This document shows positions 26,071 to 38,650 of a stretch of 64,000 bases of DNA, one piece after another. The notes under the pieces are model-generated. The model had not been told where the DNA came from, ran no database searches, and saw only the letters and a list, made by a program, of their open reading frames with translations. How positions within the stretch are numbered: position 1 is the stretch's first letter; each line of letters starts with the position of its first letter. The position numbers and the translations under genes were made by a program. Source of the DNA: Mobula hypostoma (taxonomy: Eukaryota); NCBI RefSeq assembly GCF_963921235.1, contig NC_086097.1, positions 76,324,001-76,388,000 on the forward strand, written 5' to 3'.

Positions 26071-28276
26071 ATCTATATGCCTAGTATATAGTTCTGTTAC
26101 TAATTATAGATCACAGGTCCTTATGTTCTGAACAGTTAGATCTGATCCTCATCTGTCCTCTGTATCACAATGATAATCTAGCACAACAGATTGTGTCCAC
26201 AATGTGGAGATTGAAATTAGACTCTGTAGCCTGTGGAATGTTCACTAATGCTGCTTTGGATAAATGTACCCGTGACACGTAGACCATGTGGAATTTTCTT
26301 TCTTGCCAATGTTCCCATTGTAACCTGCAAGGCTAATGTGAAAACTGCACCTCTGAAGATCTGGCTTACTCAGCCAGGGGTATTACTGGTGAGCCACTCT
26401 TTATGCTTCACATTCAAGTCCTCTATATTTTGCGTCATAGAATCACAGAGAAATACAGCATTGAAATAGGTCCTTTTCCTCTCTCAGTGCACACCACCCA
26501 ACAACCATCGTTTTTACGTTAACTCTACCCTAACCATTTCTTTTCTCCCTACCCTCTCAACAACTCCTCCTACTCACTGTGCACTGATTAAAGTATACAG
26601 TGGCCAATTAATCAAATAAATTGCATTTTTGAGATGTGGGCGGAAAATAGGTAACATGGAGGAATACCATGTGTTACAGGGAGAATGTGCAAACTGTGCA
26701 CATATAGTGTAATTGCTTCCCTCAGTGACTCCACCAAACAGTATTAAGTATATATGGAATTATGGATTTAATTGCTGGATGGAGTATGGCATAGTATTCT
26801 CCTTGATAGCACTTTGTCCATATTTGTTGTTAAATCAAGAAACCAATGCAAAATCAAATCTGAAGTCCCAGACCAGTCTCCCACATTTTCCCGCATCAAC
26901 AACCCTAATGGGTTTGTCCAGCTTGAGAGATAGTAGTGATGGTATGAAACATTTTGATATTTATTGAAACTTATTAAACTGTAAATACTATTATTTCAAG
27001 CTGCTGCTCATTTATTTTGTTAGACAACTTGTCCCAAGTGCTAGCAGGAAGCACTGGACAGAGATGAGCATAGATTAGTCATGTCAAAGTGTAATCTTTG
27101 GGTTTTGCCAAATAGTTCCACCAATTTTATTTTGTGAATGAAGACAACAACTCACAAAGGTTCTCTTTCCCTTGTATAGCAACAATTAAGGCACAAACTG
27201 TAAAGTTATGCATGTTTCCTTTTAGCAATAAAATATCATGTTTAATTTATAAAACACTATTTTACTGTAAACAGAACGGAAACTTTGGTTGGTTTTAGCT
27301 TACCCATAAATTTCATATCCTTTTTTTTTTAGCCTAAAGGTGACCAAAAATGAAAGACTTGAGTGGATTTTGAGTCACTTTTTTAAATAAAGTTTGCAAA
27401 GTCATGTTCAAATTAACATTTTGCAGTACTGCATATTTGCCATATCATGGAATACATCAGACTGCACTGGTTCAACAATCATTAGTTGTTCTTTTCCAGT
27501 AAGGAGGACAAAGATTTCCTTCTATTGGTAACCATAACAACATTGGTTCCCTGACTGATAGAATCTTATCACAATCATCAAAAACCAGCTATTTGAATGT
27601 ACCACACGCAGCTTCTAAGCAAAGCTATCCCGGTCACAAAGTAAAATATACATACCATTGTTCATTTTTGCTTTAAGTTCTGTATGAAATAGTAAATGCC
27701 AGAATTCAGTTATCATTTTAGTTTATTTCTCTACAATGTTGTCAGTAATAAGAATTGTTTATGAATGTCTTGCAAAACCTCCGATTAAACTTCATTCTTT
27801 AATTAAATCAGTGTGACGACAACAAATATTTTCATTGGGTTGTTCAAAGACTTCTTTTCACATTCTCATTCCTGCAACAGTAATCTGAATCTCTCATATA
27901 TAATAATAAATTCTGGTCTCAACACACTGCCAACAGGACTGCACTGGAGTACTCTTATTTGTCAGCCCAAGTGTGCCCACATAATTTAATGCAGATTGGT
28001 CCAGGTGTAAAGAGTGCATATAACTAGTGACAGGATAAATGATCAGCCAGCAACCGCAAGGATTTAAAATGATGTTGGGTAGAGAGCTGGTGAACAGGTT
28101 TAAGTTGCAGAAGAATGGAAGGAAAAGGCAAAGAACAGAACTAACATTTTGGAAGTTTTCACAAACTAACAATGATGGTTTGATTGGCAGATCATAAAGG
28201 GTAGATCTATGGGAGGGTTCTGATAGTGGATGGGTTACCAGCGTAATTTGTTGGTTCGAGAAGAAGCAATCCTACT

Positions 28277-28507
28277 TGTGGTAAACCATGTATATAAATG
28301 TTGTAACTGAGTTAACTGTCTGGACACGCCCCTCTGCTGACTGCCCATGTGGCTCCTCCCACAGATTCCTGTATAAAGGTGTCTCGCCTTGCCCCTCCCC
28401 CTCAGTCCGGGGCAGACACTCACCGTGGAGGTCGTACTGTACAGCGAATAAAAACCTTTCAGTATTTTACCAAACCTCAGTCTTTTGGAGTTATTGAAGG
28501 TGCTTCA
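28277..28507 (+). mobile_element. Solo LTR (231 bp)
   Basis: TG...CA ends, perfect 5-bp TSD ctact (28272-28276 / 28508-28512), internal TATAAA and AATAAA in order on the + strand. Confidence 0.85.
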
Positions 28508-29162
28508 CTACTCTTCCCATCCTATTTCCATCACTACAGAGGCATTTTATTTCTTCATGGATTTAGCATGAACAGGCTGTTTTCAGCTGCTGACTTTTGA
28601 GAAGATTAGATAACCCAGTGACCTTTGCTTTGCACAATAGCTGGTAGTTTCATGATATCATTTAAATAAAGAACCATTTGCCACATAAACATTGGTTTCC
28701 TGTTCCTCACTTTTCCTCCATTTAAAACTGTATGTGGGTTGGTTCATGATCCAGAATAACTAAATCTCTGATGCAATTGCCACTTAGCTGTTTTTCGCAA
28801 TCACAAAGTTCTCACAGAAATTAGGTGACCTGTGCGAATATAAGGAATGTCCAGGATAGCAATCCTGAAATGCAATGGGTCAAAGCAATCTCTGCAGTAA
28901 GAACATAAAGAATGGAGGAACAAGGAATCCGGAATAACCCACCTACTTCTCAAGCTAGCTTTGACCTAACAGCCAAACCAATACCTCAAGTCATCTTTTC
29001 ACAACCAATTATAGTACTTCTTGATTCCCTGTTATCCAAAAACCTACTGTTTTCAATTTGGAATGCAACCCGACCTAAAATAAAAGTTACAAAGGCTTAC
29101 TAACTGAGCAACTAACTTTCTTGTCTTCAGTGTTAAATGGCTGAGTCCTTTCACTCACGATA

Positions 29163-29412
29163 TGCACGGTAGCAGAGTGGTAGCACATTGCTTTACAGTA
29201 CCAGTGACCTGGGTTCAACTCCCACTGCTGCCTGCAAGGAATCTGCATGCTCCTCCTGTGACAGCATGGGTTTCCTCCCACAGTCCAAAGATATAATGGT
29301 TGGTAGGTTAATTGGTCATTGTAAATTGTCCCGTGATTAGGCCAGGGTTAAATCGGGGGTTGCTGGCTGGTATGGCTCGAAGGACTGGAAGGGCCAACTG
29401 TGCTGTATCTCA
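29163..29412 (+). mobile_element. V-SINE (HE1-like)
   Basis: tRNA-like head, gggttcaact, V-domain and tail as at 9708-9998. Confidence 0.8.
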
Positions 29413-29547
29413 ATTCTGAGACAATGGGTCCAACTGTGCTGGATCCAGCCCACTATTCAGGTTCATGTTATTGCATTCATCTGCCTGTCTCTGTACCTAG
29501 AATATTACTAGCTCTTTACTTTTTTAAAAATTTAGTTTATCTCTTTG

Positions 29548-29785
29548 AGAGATACAGCACAGAATAGGCCCTTCCAGCAATCCCCAACAACCCCGATTTA
29601 ACCCTAACCTAATCATGGGACAATTTACAATAACCAATTACGTCTTTGGACTGTGGGAGAAAACCCACGCACTAGCCGGGGAGGATGTACAGAGACTCCT
29701 TACAGAGGATGCCAGGATTGAATTTTGAATTCTAATGTCCTGAGCTATAATAGCATCGTGCTGACCGCCATGCTACCGTAGCACC
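29548..29785 (-). mobile_element. V-SINE (related subfamily), opposite orientation
   Basis: cccgatttaaccctaacctaatcatgggacaatttacaa..accaatta...gtctttggactgtggga. Confidence 0.75.
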
Positions 29786-30722
29786 GTAGTTCGGTGCAGT
29801 GATGTCCTAGAGGTAGTGATTCTGCCCCAGTATGCTGGCAGCCTTTGATAGGAGTCAAAGCTGGGGAAGAACTTTGTTTTCAGTTTAATCTTGTGGGATT
29901 ATATTTTTGTGCTTAAATGTCTTTGACATTAAGGTAAATAGTCTTAATTAAATAAATTAACATTAGAATAAAGTAAAATGCTTTCTAAAAGATAATTCTC
30001 GAAATAAAATATGCAAGTTTTGGATCCCATACAGAGGCCAATTCACCAGCATCATGCTGTGGAGTTCCATCAGGACAGTGCTCTTGGTCACATAATCAAA
30101 GTGGTGTCCACCATGGAGCAGAGTGACAAATGCACACGATCAGTCCCTGAGTTTCAGCAGTCTGTGCAAGTTTCACGCTTTTGTGGTACCAACTGAATTC
30201 CTGTTAGTCCAAAGCTGTAGTCATCATTAGCACAACTCAACCCACTGTCTCCTAAACTGCTGTTATTAATCAACCTGCAAGTGCTAATGTATTATACTCT
30301 CAATTACCCTATAATTATTTTCTGTTTTTTTTTGCCTATTCCTCTACCCTCAAGTACATTACACACATAACAAGTCAATCAAACAACGTCACTGTCTGGC
30401 CTATGGAAACAACCTCAATAATTACTCTGTCAGTTCTTTTCAGGTTCTTATATCTCAATGAGATTAGCTGTCATTCTCTGAAACCGTAGTGAAAATAGAC
30501 AAACCTTAATCTTTCTGCAATGAACAATGCTTACATCCTTCAATCTAAAGAATCTATGTTACAGAGTCTCAAAGATAAACATATACTGTCCTAGATATAG
30601 AAACCAAGGCTGCATACAGTACTTCCACGTGTGGTCTCAAGAAGCCCCTATGTCCATTAAAAAATTAGAATTGCCCTATTGATAGATACAATGTTGTTGA
30701 AACAGATTACTCACAAGGGTAA

Positions 30723-30892
30723 ACACAAGGGATTCTGTAGATTCTGGAAATCTAGAGCAACATACACAAAATACTGGAGGAACACAGCAGGTCAGGCAAC
30801 AGCTATGGAATTGAATAAGCAGTCACCCTTCTGAGGGCAAGATCCTTCATCAGGACCGACCTGCAGAGTCCCTCCAGCATTTTGTGTTTTCC
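30723..30892 (-). mobile_element. Penelope-derived short element with decayed hammerhead and inverted partial copy
   Basis: Minus copy ends in cttcatcaggac (rc gtcCTGATGAag), then plus fragment gacctgcagagtccctccagcattttgtgt. TSD actcacaagggtaa / actcacaggagtaa (12/14). Confidence 0.75.
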
Positions 30893-30924
30893 ACTCACAG
30901 GAGTAACCTGTCAATGAAATCATA

Positions 30925-31092
30925 ATAGAAACAGAAAATATAAGAAGCACTCAGCAATGTCAGACTGTATCTGTTGCAGAGAGAAACAGACTTAATATTT
31001 CTGAAATGTTAACTGTTTCTTTTTCCACAAGTACTGCTGGACTTGCTGTTTTGAGAACTTTCTGTCTTCACTTCAGACTTCCAGCAGTCTAT
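30925..31092. mobile_element. Older head-to-head inverted pair of the same repeat
   Basis: cactcagca...gagagaaacagacttaatatttc | tgaaatgttaactgtttct...gctggacttgctg. Confidence 0.55.
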
Positions 31093-31244
31093 TTGAATTT
31101 CATACTATATCTTTTGTTGGGAAAAACTAAAAATAAACAAATATTGCAATAAAATTTCAATTTTTTCTCAATATAATCTTCTTGACAGGGAAACACTGGA
31201 TAGAGCTTTGATAACTACCTTCCATAACCCAGTCCATACCTCTG

Positions 31245-31775
31245 GATCAGAATCAGAATTAATACTGCGGCATATGTCATAAAATTTGTTGTTTGTGGCA
31301 CCAGTAATTCCGATACATAACAATAATAAACCTAAAAATTACAATTTAAAAAATCAGTACATTCGTTATATATAAGTAGTGCAAAAAGAGAGCAAGAAAA
31401 TAAAGTGAGATAATGCACATTCAGAAATCTGAAGGCAGAGAGAAGACGCTGCTCCTAGAACTTGGAGTGTGTGCCTTCAAGCTCCTATACCACGTCCGAG
31501 ATGGAAGCAGTGAGAAGGCAGCATGTTCTGGGTGATGGGATTCCTTAATGGTGGATGCTGCCTTTTGAGGAGTCATCTTTTGAAGATGTCCTCGATGCAG
31601 GAGAGGCTAGTGCCCATGAGTTTGCAGCTTTCTGCAGTTTTTTCCATTCCTGTGCAGTGGTCCAGATGGTGATGAGTTAGAATGCTGTCCACGGTACATC
31701 TGTAGAAATTTGAGAGAGTCTTGGTGACGTACCAAGTCTCATCAAATTCCTAGTGAAATATAGCTGCTGTCATGT
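31245..31775 (-). mobile_element. Rex1/Babar LINE 3' fragment, decayed
   Basis: atcagaatcagaatt tail; reverse complement of the FYRCT...SIL region (gaatgctgtccacggtacatctgtagaaatt). Confidence 0.7.
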
Positions 31776-32765
31776 CTGTATGCTTACTGTATAACTGGGG
31801 TTCAACTGTTCCAGAATGCTTTGTCAGTAATGTAGCAGGACCACAGAGCAGGATGCAACATCTGCATCTCAAGGGGAAATTAAATTTTCTACAAGGGCAA
31901 GTCATGGAATAGAAACTGGGATGAGAACGTAAAGGAAGACATCAGCCCAGTTTTGCAGCATTTACTGCTATTACTATATTTTAAAAATATCCATCCTGAA
32001 GTGCTTCTGATAGTCTTAAACACTTTTTACAGGCGCCATACAAGGAAAGCATACTTAAATGCTTGTCTGAATTATTTGTATAATTTTTGATCAACTTACA
32101 AGCACAAAAATGGATAAAAGTACAAAATGAATGCTAAAAATAACTTAATGTGTCAAACTTCCTAGGAGCTTTGGCAATGGAAATTAGATCAATGACACTG
32201 AAGTATAAGGATGAAGAGTGCGCAATAAAAGATTGCATCTAATCTGTTCAATAAAAGCTAGATTTCTTTAGAATTATGAACAATTTTTCAATGGAAAACA
32301 GAACTTATAATGCACATAATCAGCTTTTGATGATAGGTTATCAATCTTGATGCATTAAATCTGTAACTTCACAAATGCTCAGTATTTCTAGCATTTTGTT
32401 TTATTGTTTGAGGTACAATTTTTCAAGATATGTTAAACTGACATACATTTAAAAGATTACTCAGAGTAAAGTCAAGAGGATCTTCCATATCCTGCCCAAT
32501 AATTAACTCTCAATAAGGCAAATTAGAAAGACTCATCTGAAAAATTTTAAAAAAACCTAATTTATCTTGTAAGTAGTTACCATATACAGTGGGGCTAATA
32601 CTTGCCCTCCCTTGGACAAAACTTTGTACTTCAGAACTTTTCAGATGCTATTTTTATATATCTCTTATATTTAATTTATATTCTTATTTTGAAGTTGTGG
32701 CTGTTATAATGGCAGCTTGTTCAGCAGTTTCATACCTTTAAATATCGTAAGAAATTGTCTACATA

Positions 32766-33496
32766 CAGTGGATTCTAGTGAATTGGGACACATTGGGACC
32801 TGTACATTTTGGCCCAATTAAGCAACTGCCCCAATTAGCCAAAGGTTGATGGAAGTAGTTAAAAAGGAATAAAAAAGACAAACTACAATTTAACCGAGTA
32901 ACAAATTAAGTATTTAAATAAAATACAGAACAAATTAGAACACTATCAAATCTACTAAGTACTATAAACCTGTGTATTACTTCCTAATGGTTTTCAGCAG
33001 AGGAATTCAGCATACACTGCCATGTTCTTTTGATTGACTGTAAATGAACAAAATCAGTGCAGACATCCTGTGTAGAGCACACAACGCTATTGACAATTGC
33101 ATTTTCCATATCTTCATTTTCATTGTAAGATTCAAAGTGAATTATCGATCCCTTCAGGTTGTTCATAGTTTCCAACTTGAAGAACAGTTCTGAATTGTCT
33201 GACTGCTTATTTCCCATCAATTATCAGTGATCAAAATCCCTGCTTTTTTGAACACAAGCATATACAATTGATGCTATTTTAAAACTGTTCACTCTAAGCA
33301 CGGTGAGCTGTCTAATAGCCTCATGAGTGCATGCATATAATGCTAGTTAGAAACTGTTTGGCAATTAAGTGGCATAGTGTCCCAAATAAACAAAATGAAT
33401 CTGGCTATTTTCGAGAGGAGTTTTGGTTTTTTAAGAGTTGGCCCAAATAAGCAGCTGCCCTAATTAACCAATGGCCCCATGAACCAGAATACACAG
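32766..33496. mobile_element. Tigger/pogo-type MITE
   Basis: TA-flanked imperfect TIRs cagtggattctagtgaattggg / ccccatgaaccagaatacacag; subterminal repeats cccaattaagca.ctgcccca at both ends. Confidence 0.65.
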
Positions 33497-33676
33497 TATA
33501 TTTTATTGTATTCATATATAACCAATACTTTGGTTTTCATCCAAAAGCAACAAGTAACTGGAAGTATATGTAATTGTTCAGCTGCCGCTTACAAGTAAGT
33601 TGGATTGCTGCTGAATTCAGTATCTTACTCTTCATCAGCTTAGAACAATAAAGGTCTTGGAGTTTGACCTACTTGG

Positions 33677-34230
33677 GTGCCACTTTATCAGGTACACTTG
33701 GATACCTGCTTGTTAATGCAAATATTTAATCAGCCAATCATGTGGCAGCAACTCAATGTATAAAAACATGCAGACATGGTCAAGTGGTTCAGTTGTTAGT
33801 CAAACTAAATATCCAAATGGGTAAGAAATGTGATCTAAATGACTTTGACTGTGGAATGATTGTTGGTGCCATCTGGGTCATTTGAGGATCTCAGAAACTG
33901 CTGATCTCCTGGGATTTTCATGCACAACAGTCTCTAGAGTTCAGAAAGAATGGTGTGAAAAACAAAAAAAATCCAATGAGTGGCAGCTCTGCAGCAAAAA
34001 TGCCTTGTTAATGAGAGAGGTCAGAGGAAAATGGCCAGACTGGTTCAAGCTGACAGGAAGGTGACAGTAACTGAAATATCTATACTTTATAACAGTAGTG
34101 AATATCTCTGAATGCAGAACACGTCAAGCCTTGAAGTAGATGGGCTACAGCAGCAGACGACCATGAACATACACTCAGTGGCCACGTTATTAGGTTCTTG
34201 AGGTATCTAATAAAGTGGCCACTAAGTATA
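33677..34230 (+). mobile_element. Tc1-derived non-autonomous element
   Basis: ccacttta..aggtac TIR motif; MGKKCDLNDFDCGMIVGA..ISETADLLGFSCTTVSRV; right end is a TIR-TIR hairpin (cactcagtggccac...gtggccactaagt). Confidence 0.75.
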
Positions 34231-35489
34231 TATGATGACTTTGACAGAAGACTGAGATCTTTGAGTATTGAACACAGATATAGAGCTTACAAAAAGCCTA
34301 GGAAAGCCAAAGATTTCGGCAGCAGCCTGGTGCTTGTCAGCGTCAGTTGCAGATATTTTCCAAGCGCAAGCTAATTAAGATATATCATAATAGATGATTC
34401 ATGGCAGATTTTGTGTCACTTCTGAAGAATATCTTCCAGTGGAAAGACATGCAGAAGCAGCCAAAAAACTAAAGCTGAGGACAGGAAGGAGACAGAAATC
34501 CCAAAATTTTAATCCAAAATTTGGATGAAAGGAGCAGATAGCTTGGAAAAGAAGCTCATGCATGGAAATAGTGCTGTGCTGATTTTTTTTCGTATTAGTG
34601 CAGACCATTGCCAGAAAAAGTTCAATGACCTGACATGGCAGAAAGAGCGGCAGACTGGCCACTGGCCACCGTTCTTGTTTGCATCATAGATACCAACACA
34701 TGAATAACACACATAAAGGATAGCAAAAACCCAGTTGTTATAGGATAAGTTTGTGGACAATTATACAAACATAGCGGGTCACAAGTGACATTCCAGACTT
34801 GAGGGAGGGTCCAGAACAGGTTGGGAGCCATATAGAACCAGCTACAGAAAGTTAGTGGATCTATAAAGGCTGAGATTAAGTGATATATTTCTCAAAATCA
34901 GCAATGGCTGCATAGCCATCTGGCTCACAAATATCCTAAATGAGTTCTGGCCTATATGTGACTCCAGACACACATCATGTGCTTGACTTTTAATGCACTA
35001 GCAAACCACTTGCGTGTATCCTTAACCAGAGAGCTCAAACAGAGAAAGAATAAAACTGGACAGACTATCTTGGGGACAATAAGCTGTCCAGTTTTGACCC
35101 TGTAAAGCCCATATCACAAGTGTCTAAAATCAGAGATTTGTTTCAAAGTTAATTAACAGTCTGATCTAGTCCTACTCACAAAAACACCTACACCTTGCAG
35201 CATGCTAGCCTTTGTTAAAATCACATTTTCTGGATAAATTACGGCATTATTTGTTCAGAAAAGAGATCAACAGATTTCTGGATGTTAATGGAATCAGGGC
35301 TACAATGGTAGAACAGGCTTAAGGGGCAGAAGGCCTACTTGTGCTCCTACTTATGTCCATACTGCTATGACAAGTGCAAGGAAATCTTGACACTGGCTCC
35401 AGAAACCATGAACTCTCAAAGTATTAGATCAATATGGGCAAGAAAATCTACTTATTACCATATCTTACCCCACCTCAGCCGATGAATTA

Positions 35490-37420
35490 ATAAGACCATA
35501 AGACATAGGAGCAGAATTAGGCCATTCAGCCCATCACGTCTGCTCCGCCATTCCATCGTGGCTAATCCTGGATCCCACTCAACCCCATACACTTGCCATC
35601 TTGCCATATTCTTCGAAACCCTGATTGATCAGGAAACAATTAACTTCTGCCTTAAATATATACACAGACTTGCCTCCACTGCAGTTTCTGGCACAGCATT
35701 CCACAGACTCACTACTCTCTGGCAAAAAAAAAATCCTCCTTACCTCCTTTCTAAAAGGTTGCCCCTCAGTTTTGAGGTTGTACCCTCTAGTTCTGAATAC
35801 CCACACCACAGGAAACATCCTTTACACATCCACCCTATCTGGTCCTTTCAACATTTGGCAGGTTTCAATGAGATCCCCCAGCATTCTTCTAAATTCCAGT
35901 GACTGCAGGCCCAAAGCTGCAAAACGCTCCTCATATGTTAACCCATTCATTCCTGGAATCAGCCTTGTGAACCTCCTCTGGACTCTCTCCAATGAGAACA
36001 CATCTTTTCTGACAAATAGGACCCAAAACTGTTGACAATACTCCAAGCGTGGCCTGACTAGTGTCTTATAAAGGCTCAGCATTATCCCTTTGCTTTTATA
36101 TTCTATTCTCCTTGAAATAAATGCCAACATTGCATTTGCCTTTTTTTTTACCACAGACTCAACCTGCAAATTAACTTTTGGGAGTCTTGCACGAGGACTC
36201 CTAAGTCCCTCTGCACCTCTGATGTTTGAACCTTCACCCCATTTAGATAATAGTCCACACTATTGTTCCTTTTACCAAAAATGCATTATCATACATTTCC
36301 CAACGCTGTATTTCACCTGCCACTTTTTTGCCCATTCTTCCAATTTGCCTAAGTCCTGCTGCAATTGCATTGCTTCCTCAGCACTACCTATCCCTCTACC
36401 TATCGTTGTATCATCCGCAAACTTTGCCACAAGGCTATCAATTCCATTATCCAAATCACTGACAAATAAAGTGAAAAGTAGCGTTCCTAACACTGACCGT
36501 CGAGGAACACCAGTAGCCACTGGCAGCCAGCCAGAAAAAGCTCCTTTTATTCGTACTCACTGCCTCCTCCTGTCAGCCATTCCTCTATGCATGCCAGTAT
36601 CCTTCCTGTAACGTCATAGGATTTTATCTTTTTAAGAAGCCTCATGTGTGGCACCTTATCAAATGCCTTCTGAAAATCCAAGTAAATGACATCTACTGCC
36701 TCTCCTTTGTCCACCCTGCTTGTTGCTTCCTCGAAGGACTCTAAAAGATTTGTCAGCAAGATTTCACTTCACAGAAACCATGCTGCCTTTTATTTATTTA
36801 ACATTAGTCTCCAAGTACCTCGAAACCTCATCCTTCATAGTAGACTCCAACACTTTCTCAACCACTGAGGTTAGGATAACCAGCCTGTAATTTTCCTTTC
36901 CTTTGCCCTCCTTCCTTCTTAAAGAGTGGAGTGACATTTACAATTTTCCAGTCCTCTGCCACCATGCCAGAATCAAGTGATTCTTGAAAGATCATGATCA
37001 ATGGATCTGTTATCTCTTCAGCAACCTCTCTCAGGACACTGGGATGTAGTCCATCTGGTCCAGGTGACTTATCCACCTTAAGACCTTTGACTTTGCCTCA
37101 CACTTTTTCCTTTGTAATAGCAATGGCAGTCCCTGCTGCTCCCTGACACTTGCAAACCTCTAGCATACTGCTAATGTCTTCCACAGTGAAGACTGATGCA
37201 ATGTACCCATTGCTTATCAGCAATTTCTTTGCCTCCATTACTACCTAACCAGCATGATTTTACAGTGGTCTTATATCATCTCTCTCCTCCATTTTACTCT
37301 TTACATAACAGAAAAAACTTTTGGTATCCTGCTTTATATTATTGGCTAATTTGCCCTCATATTTCAACTTTTCCTTTCTTATAACTTTTTTAGTTGTATT
37401 TTGAAAGCTTCTCAATCATC
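35490..37420 (-). mobile_element. CR1 LINE, ~1.9 kb, frameshifted RT
   Basis: KSPGPDGLHPSVLRE; DVIYLDFQKAFDKVPH; KFADDT; RPRLEYCQQFW; tail ataagaccataagacatagg. Confidence 0.92.
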
Positions 37421-37424
37421 TTTC

Positions 37425-37856
37425 GGAGGGGGAGGGGGAGAGGGAGGGAAAGAAGGAGAGAGGGAGTCAGAGAGAGAGAGATACATTCATATATATACAC
37501 CAAGAGAGGGGAGGAGAGTGGGAGAGAGAGAGGGGAGAGGGGGGAGGGGAGAGAGGGAGGGGGAGATGGAGGGGGAGAGGGGGAGAGAGGGAGGGGGAGA
37601 GAGAGAGGGGGAGAGAGAGAGGGGGAGAGAGAGAGGGGGAGAGAGGGAGGGGGAGAGAGGGAGGGGGAGAGAGAGAGGGGGAGAGAGAGAGGGGGAGAGA
37701 GAGAGAAGTGAGAGAGAGAGAGAGAGAAGGGGAGAGAGAGGGAAGGGGAGAGAGAGAGGGAAGGGGAGAGAGAGAGAGGGGAAGGGAGAGAGAGGGGAGA
37801 GAGAGAGGGGAGGGGAGAGAGAGAGGTGGGGGAAGAGGGGGTGAGGGGGGAGAGGG
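37425..37856. repeat. ~430 bp purine-rich (GA/GGA) low-complexity tract
   Basis: Seen directly; source of the spurious Pro/Ser/Leu and Arg/Gly/Glu ORFs. Confidence 0.95.
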
Positions 37857-38179
37857 AAATAAAAACGTTAGGGTGTTCCAATATGTTTAGCACACTGGTA
37901 TCTATTCATAACATGGACGATTGCTCAAACCTGTACTGTTCTCAAGAAGCTTGGCCTCATTCTGCACAATACAACACTCTTATCCTCCATTAATCATGCT
38001 AAATATTTATGCACACTCTATGAATTGCAATTTCTTGCTTTGGCTATTCCAGCAAAGCTTCGTTTACCAATATGGCAAGAGAAGTAGGTACAACAGAATC
38101 CCATTACTTGCAAGTTTTCTCGCTTGTTTTACATTGTCCTAAATTTTGTTTAATTCACTTTTCAAGATTTTATTTTTTG

Positions 38180-38650
38180 GAAAGGCTGGCATTTATTGTT
38201 CATCTCTTTACCTTATACTGAATGGCTTGTTAAGCTTTTTCTGAGGATATTTAGGAATTAATCACATGGGGATTAACCAATGTTTGGGACCAAAGATTGA
38301 TTACACTAGATGACAGATCTCATCCCCTGAATAATAGTAATAGGTTTTTACAGCAATCTGGAGTTTATGCAATGTCTTTATTAAGACCAGTCATTGATTT
38401 TAAATTACTAACTGCAATATTTCAATGTAGGTCTCTGGAATTAGAAACAAATTTTCGAAATATATTTGCAGTCCTTCCTTGTTATGGATTACATTCTGGA
38501 TATCCCTTCCCAAAAGCATTGTGGGAGCGCCTTCATGACAGAATTGAGATAGCTTAAAAAGAGTGCCTCACCACTAAACTTTCCAAGGGCAATTAGCTAT
38601 GGGCAATGTGCTGGCCGTACTAGTGATGTTCAGATCCTGGAAAAAATAAA
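38180..38650. mobile_element. Old SINE/LINE tail fragments (SacSINE1/Deu-like tail) in opposite orientations
   Basis: ggctggcatttattg (-) and ctcaccact...caagggcaattag.tatgggcaat..gctggcc (+); similar tail at ~52170-52290. Confidence 0.4.

Noticed and set aside
37390..37893. Overlapping 60-167 aa ORFs, including a Pro-rich one that might look like a formin FH1 domain
   Set aside because: Translation of a GA-rich simple repeat; lies between FH2 exons, where FH1 cannot be.
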